A stretch of 56,451 nucleotides of DNA from Candidatus Binatia bacterium (lineage in GTDB: Bacteria > Desulfobacterota > Binatia > UBA9968): positions 1-56,451 of the forward strand of contig JBGPTS010000001.1 of the NCBI GenBank assembly GCA_041490745.1, read 5' to 3'. Each line of letters begins with the position of its first letter. The first letter of the stretch is position 1. Of the stretch, positions 36,399-44,623 are shown piece by piece. The notes under the pieces are model-generated. The model had not been told where the DNA came from and ran no database searches. It worked only from the letters and a program-made list of their open reading frames with translations. The position numbers and the translations under genes were made by a program.

Positions 36399-37385
36399 TT
36401 ATTTAATCTGCTTCGAGCGATTGTACGGTCCCGGATCGAACGCGCTGTCCGGGGCGGGATTCTTCACGCCGCTTGTCGCCGGAACGATCTCATACATCCG
36501 CTTGAGCGAGGCGATGTCCTCGGGCTCGAAGCTCGCGATGTAGGCGCCGTCCCACTGCTCGGCGTAGGCCTTGGCGTCCGGCGCCGACATGTTCGCCGCT
36601 TTTTCCAGCATCGCGGCGACGGCCGGCTTGTTTTTCGAGCCGTACTGGAGCGCGGTGCGCGTTGCGGCGATGAACTTGGCTATGGCCTCGCCGTTCTTGG
36701 CGAGATAATTATTGTAGACGATCGTGACCGCGAGGATCGGCGGCGCGCTCGCCCCGGTGAGTTTTTTCCACTCGTCGACGATGCTCGCCAGCCGGCGCAG
36801 CCTGGTCTCCCCCATTTGCGCTATGGTGACCGAGCGGAGCACGCCCGCGTCGATCTCCTCCTGCGTCAAGAACTGCGCCAGCTGCGCCTCGTTGCCGGGC
36901 GCGACGCTGTATTCGTTGGGCTTGATGCCGAAGTTCCGCTCGAGGATCGCGGTGGTGATCGCGTGCGTCGCGCTGCCGGGCGGCGACATGCCGATCTTTT
37001 TCCCTTTGAGATCGCCGAGCGATTTGATCGGAGATCCTTCGAGCACGACCGCCTGCGCTTCCGCGATCTGCGTCGCGAGCACGATCTTGACCGGCACGCC
37101 GTCGGCGGCGATGCCGATCGAATTGGTCGATGGGGCGGCAAAGGCCAGGTCGATCGCGTTCGACACGATCGCGCGCGTCGGCCCGTTGACCTCGCCGAAC
37201 CTGACCCACTCGACTTGCAGCCCCTCCTTCTCGGCAAACTTCATCTGCTCCATCACCGTGCCGAATCCCAGGCTGAAGCCGCTGGTCCAGTAGCCGACCT
37301 TTATCTTTTGCGCGAAAACCGGCGTGGCGCCGAATCCAGCGGACATGAGCACGAGTACCGCAAGCATCCTTTTGATTGGCTTCAT
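36399..37385 (-). CDS. ABC substrate-binding protein (NMT1-like, NitT/TauT family)
   Basis: Signal peptide MKPIKRMLAVLVLMSAGFGATPVFAQ. GGAGG lies just upstream of ATG 37385; an alternative ATG is at 37400. Confidence 0.85.
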   Translation of the reverse strand: MKPIKRMLAVLVLMSAGFGATPVFAQKIKVGYWTSGFSLGFGTVMEQMKFAEKEGLQVEWVRFGEVNGPTRAIVSNAIDLAFAAPSTNSIGIAADGVPVKIVLATQIAEAQAVVLEGSPIKSLGDLKGKKIGMSPPGSATHAITTAILERNFGIKPNEYSVAPGNEAQLAQFLTQEEIDAGVLRSVTIAQMGETRLRRLASIVDEWKKLTGASAPPILAVTIVYNNYLAKNGEAIAKFIAATRTALQYGSKNKPAVAAMLEKAANMSAPDAKAYAEQWDGAYIASFEPEDIASLKRMYEIVPATSGVKNPAPDSAFDPGPYNRSKQIK

Positions 37386-37434
37386 CTTGCCTCCGTTCAT
37401 TTTTTACTTTTTATTTTTGCCCTTTTTACTTTCC

Positions 37435-38238
37435 TCAAATCAGCGCGCGCAGCCTCTGAACGTAGACCGCAACCTCCGGCTCGGTCGTATCGCGCGGGCG
37501 CGGCGGCGTGATCTCTACCACTTCGCGAATCGTTCCCGGCCGCGGCGACATCACCGCGACCCGGTCGGCGAGCACCACTGCTTCTTCCACGTCGTGCGTC
37601 ACGAAGACGACCGTCATGCGCATGAGCCCGTGAATGCGGAGCAGCTCCCGATGCATGAGGCCGCGCGTTTGCGCGTCGAGGCGCGAGAACGGCTCGTCCA
37701 TCAACAAGACGCGCGGCTCGGTGACCAGGCTGCGGGCGAGCGCGACGCGGCTGCGCATGCCGCCGGAGAGCTGGTAGGGAAACGCGTCCTCGAAGAGCTC
37801 CAGGCCGACGAGCCGGAGCGCCTCGCGAGCGCGCCGAACCCGCTCCGCCTTGGGCGTCGAGCCGGCTTCCAAGGCGAACTCGACGTTCCGGAGCGCGGTG
37901 CGCCACGGCAGCAGACGTTCATCTTGAAACATGTAGCTCGCGGCGCACCAATCGTTCAACTCTTCGCTCGGCGCGCCGCAGATGCACACGCGGCCGCGGT
38001 CGGGCTTCGCGATGCCGGCGATGATGTTGAGCAGCGTGCTCTTGCCCGCGCCCGACGCGCCGAGGAGCCCCACGATCGCGTGCTCGGCGACCGTGAGATC
38101 GACGTCCTTCAGCACCTCGAGCCGCTCCCCGTTCGATCCGGCGAAGCTCTTGCACACGCCCGAGAGACTGATCGCCGGCGCGCTCTCGTCCGCCCCGGCG
38201 CATGGCTGCCGATCGGCTTGAATGGTCGCGTCGCTCAT
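37435..38238 (-). CDS. ABC transporter ATP-binding protein (NitT/TauT family)
   Basis: Walker A GASGAGKST, signature LSGGMRSR, Walker B LLMDEP. ATG 38238 forms an ATGA overlap with the permease stop. Confidence 0.9.
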   Translation of the reverse strand: MSDATIQADRQPCAGADESAPAISLSGVCKSFAGSNGERLEVLKDVDLTVAEHAIVGLLGASGAGKSTLLNIIAGIAKPDRGRVCICGAPSEELNDWCAASYMFQDERLLPWRTALRNVEFALEAGSTPKAERVRRAREALRLVGLELFEDAFPYQLSGGMRSRVALARSLVTEPRVLLMDEPFSRLDAQTRGLMHRELLRIHGLMRMTVVFVTHDVEEAVVLADRVAVMSPRPGTIREVVEITPPRPRDTTEPEVAVYVQRLRALI

Positions 38239-39050
38239 TGCGCCTCGGTTTCCTTTTTCCAACGGAACAGACGCCGCTCCAGCGGCGACAGCACGCCCAT
38301 CTCGATCGCCGCCATCAGGACGACCAGCGTGAGCGTCCAGGCGAACACCTGGTCGGTCCGGATCAGGTCCGCGGCCTGACGCAGACGATAGCCGACTCCG
38401 CTCGACGATCCGATGGTCTCGGCGACGAGCGAGACGCGCCAGCCGAAGCCGAAGGCGAGCCGCGCGCCGGAAAAAAAATACGGCAGAATCGTCGGCAGAT
38501 AAATTTTGGTCATGATTTTACGGTCCGGCATGCGCAGGACTCTAGCCAACTCGATGAAATCGGCGTTCACCGTGCGCGTCCCCTGCCAGACGTTGGTGAT
38601 GATGAGCGGCATGGCGGTCATGAAGACGACGAAGATCGTCGTCGCGTTGGAGATGCCGAACCAGATGATGGCGAAGATCGCCCAGATCGCCGAGGAGACC
38701 GTGTTCAAAACCGGCAGCACCGGCTCGAAGAATTCGCCCGCGCGCCGGTTCGCCCCGAGCACGATCCCGAGCGGAAGGCCTATCAGGGCGGCGAAGACAA
38801 AGCCGGCGCCGACGCGCCAGAACGTGACTGCGAGGTTGGTCCAGAGATCGCCGTTGGCCGCGATCACGCTGAGCGCGCTCCAGACCCGCGCCGGTCCGGG
38901 AAGGACGTAATGCGGCGCGCCGAGCGAGAGCAGCCACCAGAGGGCGACCAGCGCGCCGGCGAGCAAGAGCCGCTCGGCAACGAGGCTGAGCCTCCACCCG
39001 CGGCCCACCGCTTGCGGCGGCAGCGCCTTTTGTTGGGTCATCTCCGCCAT
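38235..39050 (-). CDS. ABC transporter permease (NitT/TauT family)
   Basis: Six-TM permease with the EAA-like region LARVLRMPDRKIMTKIYLPTILPYFFSGARLAFG. Confidence 0.85.
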   Translation of the reverse strand: MAEMTQQKALPPQAVGRGWRLSLVAERLLLAGALVALWWLLSLGAPHYVLPGPARVWSALSVIAANGDLWTNLAVTFWRVGAGFVFAALIGLPLGIVLGANRRAGEFFEPVLPVLNTVSSAIWAIFAIIWFGISNATTIFVVFMTAMPLIITNVWQGTRTVNADFIELARVLRMPDRKIMTKIYLPTILPYFFSGARLAFGFGWRVSLVAETIGSSSGVGYRLRQAADLIRTDQVFAWTLTLVVLMAAIEMGVLSPLERRLFRWKKETEAQ

Positions 39051-39271
39051 CGTTTTATTCTATGCGACAAGTAGTTAGCATGAACTTAGTGCCGAGTGAA
39101 AGTGGATGTTATTTTTACTTTTACTTTGGTTTCCGATCCTTCTCCCGCCTGTTGCCTCTTGCCTCACGCCTTGTTATGCATTGCAACGGCAAACGCTCGC
39201 TTGGAAGAGGTGCGGAGGGAATTGCCCCATTAGCCCGCGTGTTTCGTCGTAGTCGAATGGAGGGAGGTCGT

Positions 39272-40285
39272 ATGAGCCAGCAAATATGGGGTCGCCATCG
39301 ACTTGCTTTTGCCGCAGCCATTTTCTTTTGCGTCATTCCGCCGCTCAACGCGGAAGCCGAGGAGAAGGTCAGAATCGCCTACACTTCCACGGACACGACC
39401 AACCAACCTTGGACCGTGGCTTACGAAGCCGGCTTTTTTAAAAAGTACGGCTTGGACGTCGAGCTGGTTTACATCGGCAGCACCACGGTGGCGGTGACCG
39501 TGATCATGGCGCAGGACATTCACGTGGGGAACGCCGCCGGCAGCGGCATCGCCAATGCGGCGGTGCGCGGCGCGGATATCGTCAGCGCCGGCTGCGTGAT
39601 CAACATTTTGGCCTACGAGCTGGTCGTTCTCGACAGCGTCAAGTCGGCCGAAGACTTGAAAGGGAAATCGATCGGCATCAGCCGGTTCGGCAGCGTCTCC
39701 GACGTGGCGGCGCGCGAGCTCTTGAAGGGACTCGGGCTCAGGCCGATGGAAGACGTGAAGATCCTGCAAGTGGGCGGCGCCTCGGAGCGCGCCGCGGGCT
39801 TCAGCCGCGGCGTCATCGCCGGATTTCCTTCGCCGCCCGGAAACGTCGAACTCATTCCCGGCGGGCTGCCGCACCGCATTCTCGCCAACATGGGCGATCT
39901 CTCGACGCCTTATCCATTGCCGTTTATCTGCGCGGCGACGACCAAGAGCTACATCGCCAAGAAGCGCGACACGGTGAAGAAAGTTCTCATGGGTTTGATC
40001 GAAGCGTCGCACTACTTCAAGACCAACAAGGAAGGAACGCAAAAAATCATCGCCAAATATTTGCGCGGCGCGAACAAGGCCTATCTCGACAGCTCGTACC
40101 AATCGACCGTGAAAATCTTGGAGCGCGTGCCCTACACGACGCGCGAAGGAATGAAGATACAGCTCGACGACGCCCTGAAGCTAAACCCCGCAAGCAAGGT
40201 GACAGTGGACAGCCTGATCGACGATACGATCGTGCGCGAGATCGAAAAGGAAGGCTTCATCGATCGGGTGTATGGAAAAAAATGA
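39272..40285 (+). CDS. ABC substrate-binding protein (NMT1-like)
   Basis: MSQQIWGRHRLAFAAAIFFCVIPPLNAEA signal-like N-terminus. GGAGGGAGG precedes the ATG at 39272. The listed ORF start at 39062 is an over-extension. Confidence 0.8.
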   Translation: MSQQIWGRHRLAFAAAIFFCVIPPLNAEAEEKVRIAYTSTDTTNQPWTVAYEAGFFKKYGLDVELVYIGSTTVAVTVIMAQDIHVGNAAGSGIANAAVRGADIVSAGCVINILAYELVVLDSVKSAEDLKGKSIGISRFGSVSDVAARELLKGLGLRPMEDVKILQVGGASERAAGFSRGVIAGFPSPPGNVELIPGGLPHRILANMGDLSTPYPLPFICAATTKSYIAKKRDTVKKVLMGLIEASHYFKTNKEGTQKIIAKYLRGANKAYLDSSYQSTVKILERVPYTTREGMKIQLDDALKLNPASKVTVDSLIDDTIVREIEKEGFIDRVYGKK

Positions 40286-40385
40286 AATCCCAGGGTCGGG
40301 CTTGATGAATCACTCTAAGGCTGATCAGCCTACGGCTGACATTGCGCCCGGGGTGTATGTAACCGCAGCCCTAGCTTGCTAGGTT

Positions 40386-40451
40386 GTCGAACGGCCTGTC
40401 CTGAGCAGTGTCGAAGGGCCTGCCCTGAGCGGCGTCGAAGGGCCTACCGCC
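40386..40451. repeat. 2.7 tandem copies of a 24-nt unit GTCGAAGGGCCTGCCCTGAGCGGC (LSLSKG/PFDKLRA-type REP family)
   Basis: Units at 40386-40409, 40410-40433 and a partial unit from 40434. The perfect palindromes GGCTGATCAGCC (about 40319-40330) and CCTAGCTTGCTAGG (about 40371-40384) lie just upstream. Confidence 0.7.
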
Positions 40452-40773
40452 TGTTTTCATCCTCTCCACCGCCGTCCGGTTTCTCGGGCGCGCTCTCCGG
40501 GGCAGGGCTGACGCGCGGTCTGGCGACGGCTTTCGGCGTCTCGGGAATTTTTGGCAAGGTTTCCGGCGGAGGAGGCTCGGCATTCGGTTCAGGCGCCGCG
40601 ACCCGAGGGCGCGCCGGAGGCGACGGCATCTCGCCGCCACGCTTGAACAACAGATACCAGACCAGAGCGATGACAAAGACGAAGATCACGAGCCAAGCCA
40701 ACCGACTCGGAAACTTTCGCCGCGGCGTCAAGAGATCATCGAACTCCGATCGTTTTCTAAATGGAAACTTCAT
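40444..40773 (-). CDS. hypothetical single-pass membrane protein with a Pro-rich C-terminal tail
   Basis: One hydrophobic helix (LAWLVIFVFVIALVWYLLF) followed by a P/A/E-rich tail. There is no clear SD, and the 3' end abuts the tandem repeat. Confidence 0.4.
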   Translation of the reverse strand: MKFPFRKRSEFDDLLTPRRKFPSRLAWLVIFVFVIALVWYLLFKRGGEMPSPPARPRVAAPEPNAEPPPPETLPKIPETPKAVARPRVSPAPESAPEKPDGGGEDENRR

Positions 40774-40853
40774 GATTCAGACGCCGACCGAATAGATTCG
40801 GGCTCGCGCCCTTGCCCATTTTGATCTTCGCGTTCCGTCCGTCTTCACCGGCC

Positions 40854-41873
40854 TTATTTCAAGTAACCTTTTTCCGTGTAGAAACGCTTGGCGCCCGGAT
40901 GCAGCGGCACGTCGTACGGCGCTTCTTCGTCATTGGCGCAAAGCTGCGCCATGTCGAGCGGCTTGAAGTTGTCGGTCGGCATGAGCGCCTTGCGCGCCTC
41001 GATCGCTTCGCAGAGAGCGTACGCGACCTCGTCGGGCATGTCGGCGCGCACCACCATCGGCCAGCCACTGAAGTCGATGGTCGGCACGTCGGCCGGCAGC
41101 GCGGGGAAACGCGACCTGGGCAAAAACGACCGCCGATAACCTATCGCCGTCAATTTTTTCAGAATGGCGCCTTCGACCGGGAGGTAGCGGAAGCCGGCGT
41201 CGATCGCGCTCTGTCCCCAGCTTTTGATCCCCTCGTCGAACACCGCGTTGATCGTCCCCCGCTCCAGCGCCGCGCGCCGGTCCGGATGGCTCGGCCGCGT
41301 CACCGAATGAATTTTGCCGCCCCACTGCTTCAAGTCCGCGAAGGTGAATCCCGCGGCCTTCATCACGGCTTTGACGGTAAACATCGTCGGGCTGTACTTG
41401 ACCCACGACTGCGAAATCGTTCCGGTCGAGAGCCGGAGCGCGATGCGCTCTTTGCGAATTTGGTCGAGCGAGGTGATACCGGTCGATTCGTGCACGGCGA
41501 AGGCCATGACGTCGTACGAGGGAAAAACGGCGATCGTGCGGATCGGCTGCCGCTTCGAGAACAACCCTTTGCCCTTGAAAGCCATGGTCGTTGCCACCGA
41601 AGGATTGATCCAGCCGACCGTGAGCTTGCCGCGGGCGACGGCTTGAAGCTCGCGAAATCCGTCCGCGCCGAAAGAAAAAGAAATTCCTGCTTCGCGCGTC
41701 GCCGTGAGCGCGAGCGTGAGCGAATATCCGACGCGCGATTCGGTTTGAATCGCCTGTTCGGCGGCGCGCGTCGTTTGGTAAGAGAGCGAAGTATCGTAGA
41801 GCCCCGCGGCCAACTCCAGAAATCCCCTTGCCCGTTGGATCTCCGCGCTATAGCGGTGCCTGACCTGGTTCAT
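40854..41873 (-). CDS. TAXI-family (TRAP-type) solute-binding-like protein without a signal peptide
   Basis: The C-terminus ...VPLHPGAKRFYTEKGYLK is typical of TAXI receptors. The N-terminus MNQVRHRYSAEIQRARGF... has no hydrophobic leader. Confidence 0.7.
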   Translation of the reverse strand: MNQVRHRYSAEIQRARGFLELAAGLYDTSLSYQTTRAAEQAIQTESRVGYSLTLALTATREAGISFSFGADGFRELQAVARGKLTVGWINPSVATTMAFKGKGLFSKRQPIRTIAVFPSYDVMAFAVHESTGITSLDQIRKERIALRLSTGTISQSWVKYSPTMFTVKAVMKAAGFTFADLKQWGGKIHSVTRPSHPDRRAALERGTINAVFDEGIKSWGQSAIDAGFRYLPVEGAILKKLTAIGYRRSFLPRSRFPALPADVPTIDFSGWPMVVRADMPDEVAYALCEAIEARKALMPTDNFKPLDMAQLCANDEEAPYDVPLHPGAKRFYTEKGYLK

Positions 41874-41934
41874 CTTGATCTCCTGCCTGAAGGCGGCTCG
41901 CGCCCTGGCCGTGCGCCGCGCATGAAGGGTAGGG

Positions 41935-44229
41935 TCATTTCTTTTTCTCCTCCAGCGCGCGCCAGACTCTTTCCGGCGTGATCGGCAGCTCGTAAAAACG
42001 TACGCCGACGGCGCGCGCGATCGCGTTGCCGATCGCCGAAGCGACGGGCAGCAACCCGCCTTCGCCCATACCCTTAGCGCCGAACGGCCCGGGGCCGTTC
42101 TGGTTTTCGATCAGCGACGAGTCGAACTTGTCCGGCAGGTCGCCGAAAGTCGGGACGCGGTAATCAACGAGGTTGGGATTGAGGAGCTGTCCGTCTTCGT
42201 AAACCATCTCCTCGAACAGCGTGTGGCCGAGGCCGAACATGACGCCGCCTTCGTCCTGCCCTTCGCACTGGATGGGATGGATCGCCCGTCCCACGTCGGC
42301 GATCGTAACGTATTTCTTGAGGTGAATCGCGCCGGTGTCGCGATCAACTTCGACCTCGGCGCCGCCCCAACCGACCTCCCAAAACGTCGTCGTCGCGCCC
42401 AGCGCCGCCTTCTTCGTTTTTAGATCGCGGTAAATTCCTCGGCCGACGATCTCTCCCGCTTTGCTGCCGAAGAATTCCGTGATGACCTTGCCGTAAGTGA
42501 GCGCCTTGCCTTTCCTGCCGTGAACTTTTCCGTCTTTTAATTTTAACTCGGAGATTTTGCAGCCCATCACTTGCGCCGCGGCTTCGAAAAGCTGCTTCTT
42601 CGCATCTACTGCGGCGCGTTGTACGGCGAGTCCCATCACGGTGGTCGAGCTGCTCGCGCTGGTCGAAACGTCGTAGGGCGTGACGTTGGTATCGAGCTCG
42701 GCAACGGAGATTTTGTCGAGGCCGAGCGACAGCTCCTCGGCCACGACCTGGCTCAGCGCCGTCTTCGATCCCTGGCCGACTTCCACCGTCCCGGTCAGGA
42801 GAACGACGCTGCCGTCGGAAGACATCTTGACCGTCGCGCCGGCGATCTTGAACGTGCCGCCGGCATCTTTCAAACAAACGCTCAAGCCCTTTCCCGTATT
42901 AGGCTTCGAGCGGCCTTTCCAGTCGAGCGCCTTGGCGACCTTGAGCAAACCTTCCTTCAAGTCGCAGTCCACCGGCGTATCGCCCGGCGTGTACTCCTCG
43001 CCCTTCTTGAGAATATTTTTCAGGCGAAAATCCACAGGGTCCATGCCGAGCCGCTCGGCGATCAAATCGGTGTGCGACTCGTACGCCCACGCAACCTGCA
43101 CCGAACCAAAGCCGCGAAACGCGCCCGCCGGAACCGTATTCGTATAAACGCAGTAGGCGTCGATCTTCGCGTCGGGGATGCGATACGGTCCGAGCGCGCG
43201 ATAGCCGGCCTTTTGCGTCACCCGCGGCCCGGCGTCGGCGTAAGCGCCGGTGTTCATGTAGATCTCGCATTCGCGCGCCAAAAGCCGGCCGTCTTTCGTC
43301 ACGCCGCTTTTGATCCGCACGCGCGCGGGATGGCGCGTCACCGTCTTGAAGCTGTCGCTCGCGCTCATGACGAGCTTCACCGGGCGGCGCGCTTTCCACG
43401 ACAGCGCCGCGGCGATCGGCTCCGCCTTGACGTAGAGCTTGCCGCCGTAGCCGCCGCCGACGTACGGCACGACGACGCGCACGCGGCTGAGCGGCAGACT
43501 GAAAATGGCGGCGAGATGATCGCGCAGGCCGAACGGGTCCTGGCACGCGCTCCAGATCGTCAGATGATCCCGCTCGAAATGCGCCACCATGACGTGCGGC
43601 TCCATCGAGTAGTGCTGCACTTTGGGAAATGTGAAGGTGTCTTCGAAGACGTGCGCGGCTTTTTGAAAGGCTTTGCTCACGTCGCCGCGCGCGTAGCCGA
43701 AGTGCGAGCAGATGTTCGTGCCCTTGAATTTGTCCGGCGCGCCGTAGCTCGAGCCGCGCAGCTCCGCTTTGCCGAACCATTGCTCGTGCACCAGCGGCGC
43801 GCCTTCGGCCAACGCCTCCTCGATCGTCGTCATGACGGGAAGGTCTTCGTACTCGACGTCGATCAGGCCGAGCGCCTCCTCGGCGGTCATCTCGTCCACC
43901 GCCAGGACCGCCGCGACCGGATCTCCGGCGTAGCGGACCTTGTCCGTCGCCACAATCGACTGGTCCTTGTGGATGGCGCCGTACTTGTAGTTGAGCGGCT
44001 TCAAATCGTCGCGCGTGAGCACGGCGTAAACACCCGGCAGTCGCTCCGCCTTGCCCGCGTCGATCTTCAGAATCTTCGCGTGCGCCGACGAGCTGCGCAA
44101 AACTTTCGCGAAACCCATTCCGGGCAGCCCCAGGTCTCCCGTGTAAACGGCGGCGCCCGTCACCTTCTCCACGCCGTCGAGGCGCTGAGGAGAGGTGCCG
44201 GCGATTTTGAGACGGTGCTTTGTTTTCAT
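41935..44229 (-). CDS. xanthine dehydrogenase/aldehyde oxidase-family molybdopterin-binding large subunit
   Basis: 764 aa. N-terminus RLDGVEKVTGAAVYTGDL, with GGGYGGK and GMGEGG motifs typical of Mo-hydroxylase large subunits. Confidence 0.9.
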   Translation of the reverse strand: MKTKHRLKIAGTSPQRLDGVEKVTGAAVYTGDLGLPGMGFAKVLRSSSAHAKILKIDAGKAERLPGVYAVLTRDDLKPLNYKYGAIHKDQSIVATDKVRYAGDPVAAVLAVDEMTAEEALGLIDVEYEDLPVMTTIEEALAEGAPLVHEQWFGKAELRGSSYGAPDKFKGTNICSHFGYARGDVSKAFQKAAHVFEDTFTFPKVQHYSMEPHVMVAHFERDHLTIWSACQDPFGLRDHLAAIFSLPLSRVRVVVPYVGGGYGGKLYVKAEPIAAALSWKARRPVKLVMSASDSFKTVTRHPARVRIKSGVTKDGRLLARECEIYMNTGAYADAGPRVTQKAGYRALGPYRIPDAKIDAYCVYTNTVPAGAFRGFGSVQVAWAYESHTDLIAERLGMDPVDFRLKNILKKGEEYTPGDTPVDCDLKEGLLKVAKALDWKGRSKPNTGKGLSVCLKDAGGTFKIAGATVKMSSDGSVVLLTGTVEVGQGSKTALSQVVAEELSLGLDKISVAELDTNVTPYDVSTSASSSTTVMGLAVQRAAVDAKKQLFEAAAQVMGCKISELKLKDGKVHGRKGKALTYGKVITEFFGSKAGEIVGRGIYRDLKTKKAALGATTTFWEVGWGGAEVEVDRDTGAIHLKKYVTIADVGRAIHPIQCEGQDEGGVMFGLGHTLFEEMVYEDGQLLNPNLVDYRVPTFGDLPDKFDSSLIENQNGPGPFGAKGMGEGGLLPVASAIGNAIARAVGVRFYELPITPERVWRALEEKKK

Positions 44230-44277
44230 TTGCCGCTGGGATTCGCGACGATCTCGTCTTCGCGATTAGATTGCAAG

Positions 44278-44365
44278 CCGTGATCGTGCTCGTGGATCGT
44301 GGCTCGTGTTCGCGTAAAATTAACTCAGGGTTTTCGACGAGCACGAGAAACGATCACGAGCACGG
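44278..44365. repeat. imperfect inverted repeat of about 30 bp built from CGTGCTCGTG motifs
   Basis: Left arm ccgtgatcgtgctcgtggatcgtggctcgtgttcgcg; right arm cgacgagcacgagaaacgatcacgagcacgg. A related single arm lies at 33351-33394. Confidence 0.6.
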
Positions 44366-44512
44366 TTATTTTCGAATTTTCGGACTATCCTTTTCCGGGA
44401 AATACGTGTCGCAGAACGGGCAATGAAAATTCATTCCCGATCCCAGCATGTGCGGATTGGCGACGAACATCTTATTGCATTTCGGACAGGTGACTTCGAT
44501 GGTTTGACCCAT
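44366..44512 (-). CDS. 48-aa zinc-ribbon protein (CPxC-x18-CPxC, MJ0042-like finger), not in the supplied ORF track
   Basis: My reverse-complement translation gives MGQTIEVTCPKCNKMFVANPHMLGSGMNFHCPFCDTYFPEKDSPKIRK. GGAG lies 7 nt upstream of the ATG at 44512, and the stop is TAA at 44368-44366. Confidence 0.55.
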   Translation of the reverse strand: MGQTIEVTCPKCNKMFVANPHMLGSGMNFHCPFCDTYFPEKDSPKIRK

Positions 44513-44522
44513 GATCTACTCC

Positions 44523-44620
44523 ATTTTGGATTTTAGATTTTGGATTTTGGATTCAAGTTGAAGATGCTCGAATTGCATTCCGGATCTCCAATCCAAAATC
44601 GGCAATCCAAAATCCAAAAT
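44523..44620. repeat. AT-rich long hairpin made of GGATTTT heptamers (left arm) and AATCCAA heptamers (right arm)
   Basis: ATTTTGGATTTTAGATTTTGGATTTTGGATT (44523-44553) versus AATCCAAAATCGGCAATCCAAAATCCAAAAT (44590-44620). It lies between the UbiD stop and the zinc-ribbon start. Confidence 0.7.
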
Positions 44621-44623
44621 TTT

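Noticed and set aside
40386-40451. Possible CRISPR array, suggested by direct 24-nt repeats.
   Set aside because: There are only 2.7 contiguous units with no spacers between them, and no cas genes in the window. The unit belongs to a REP family also seen in inverted form at 47.4 kb.
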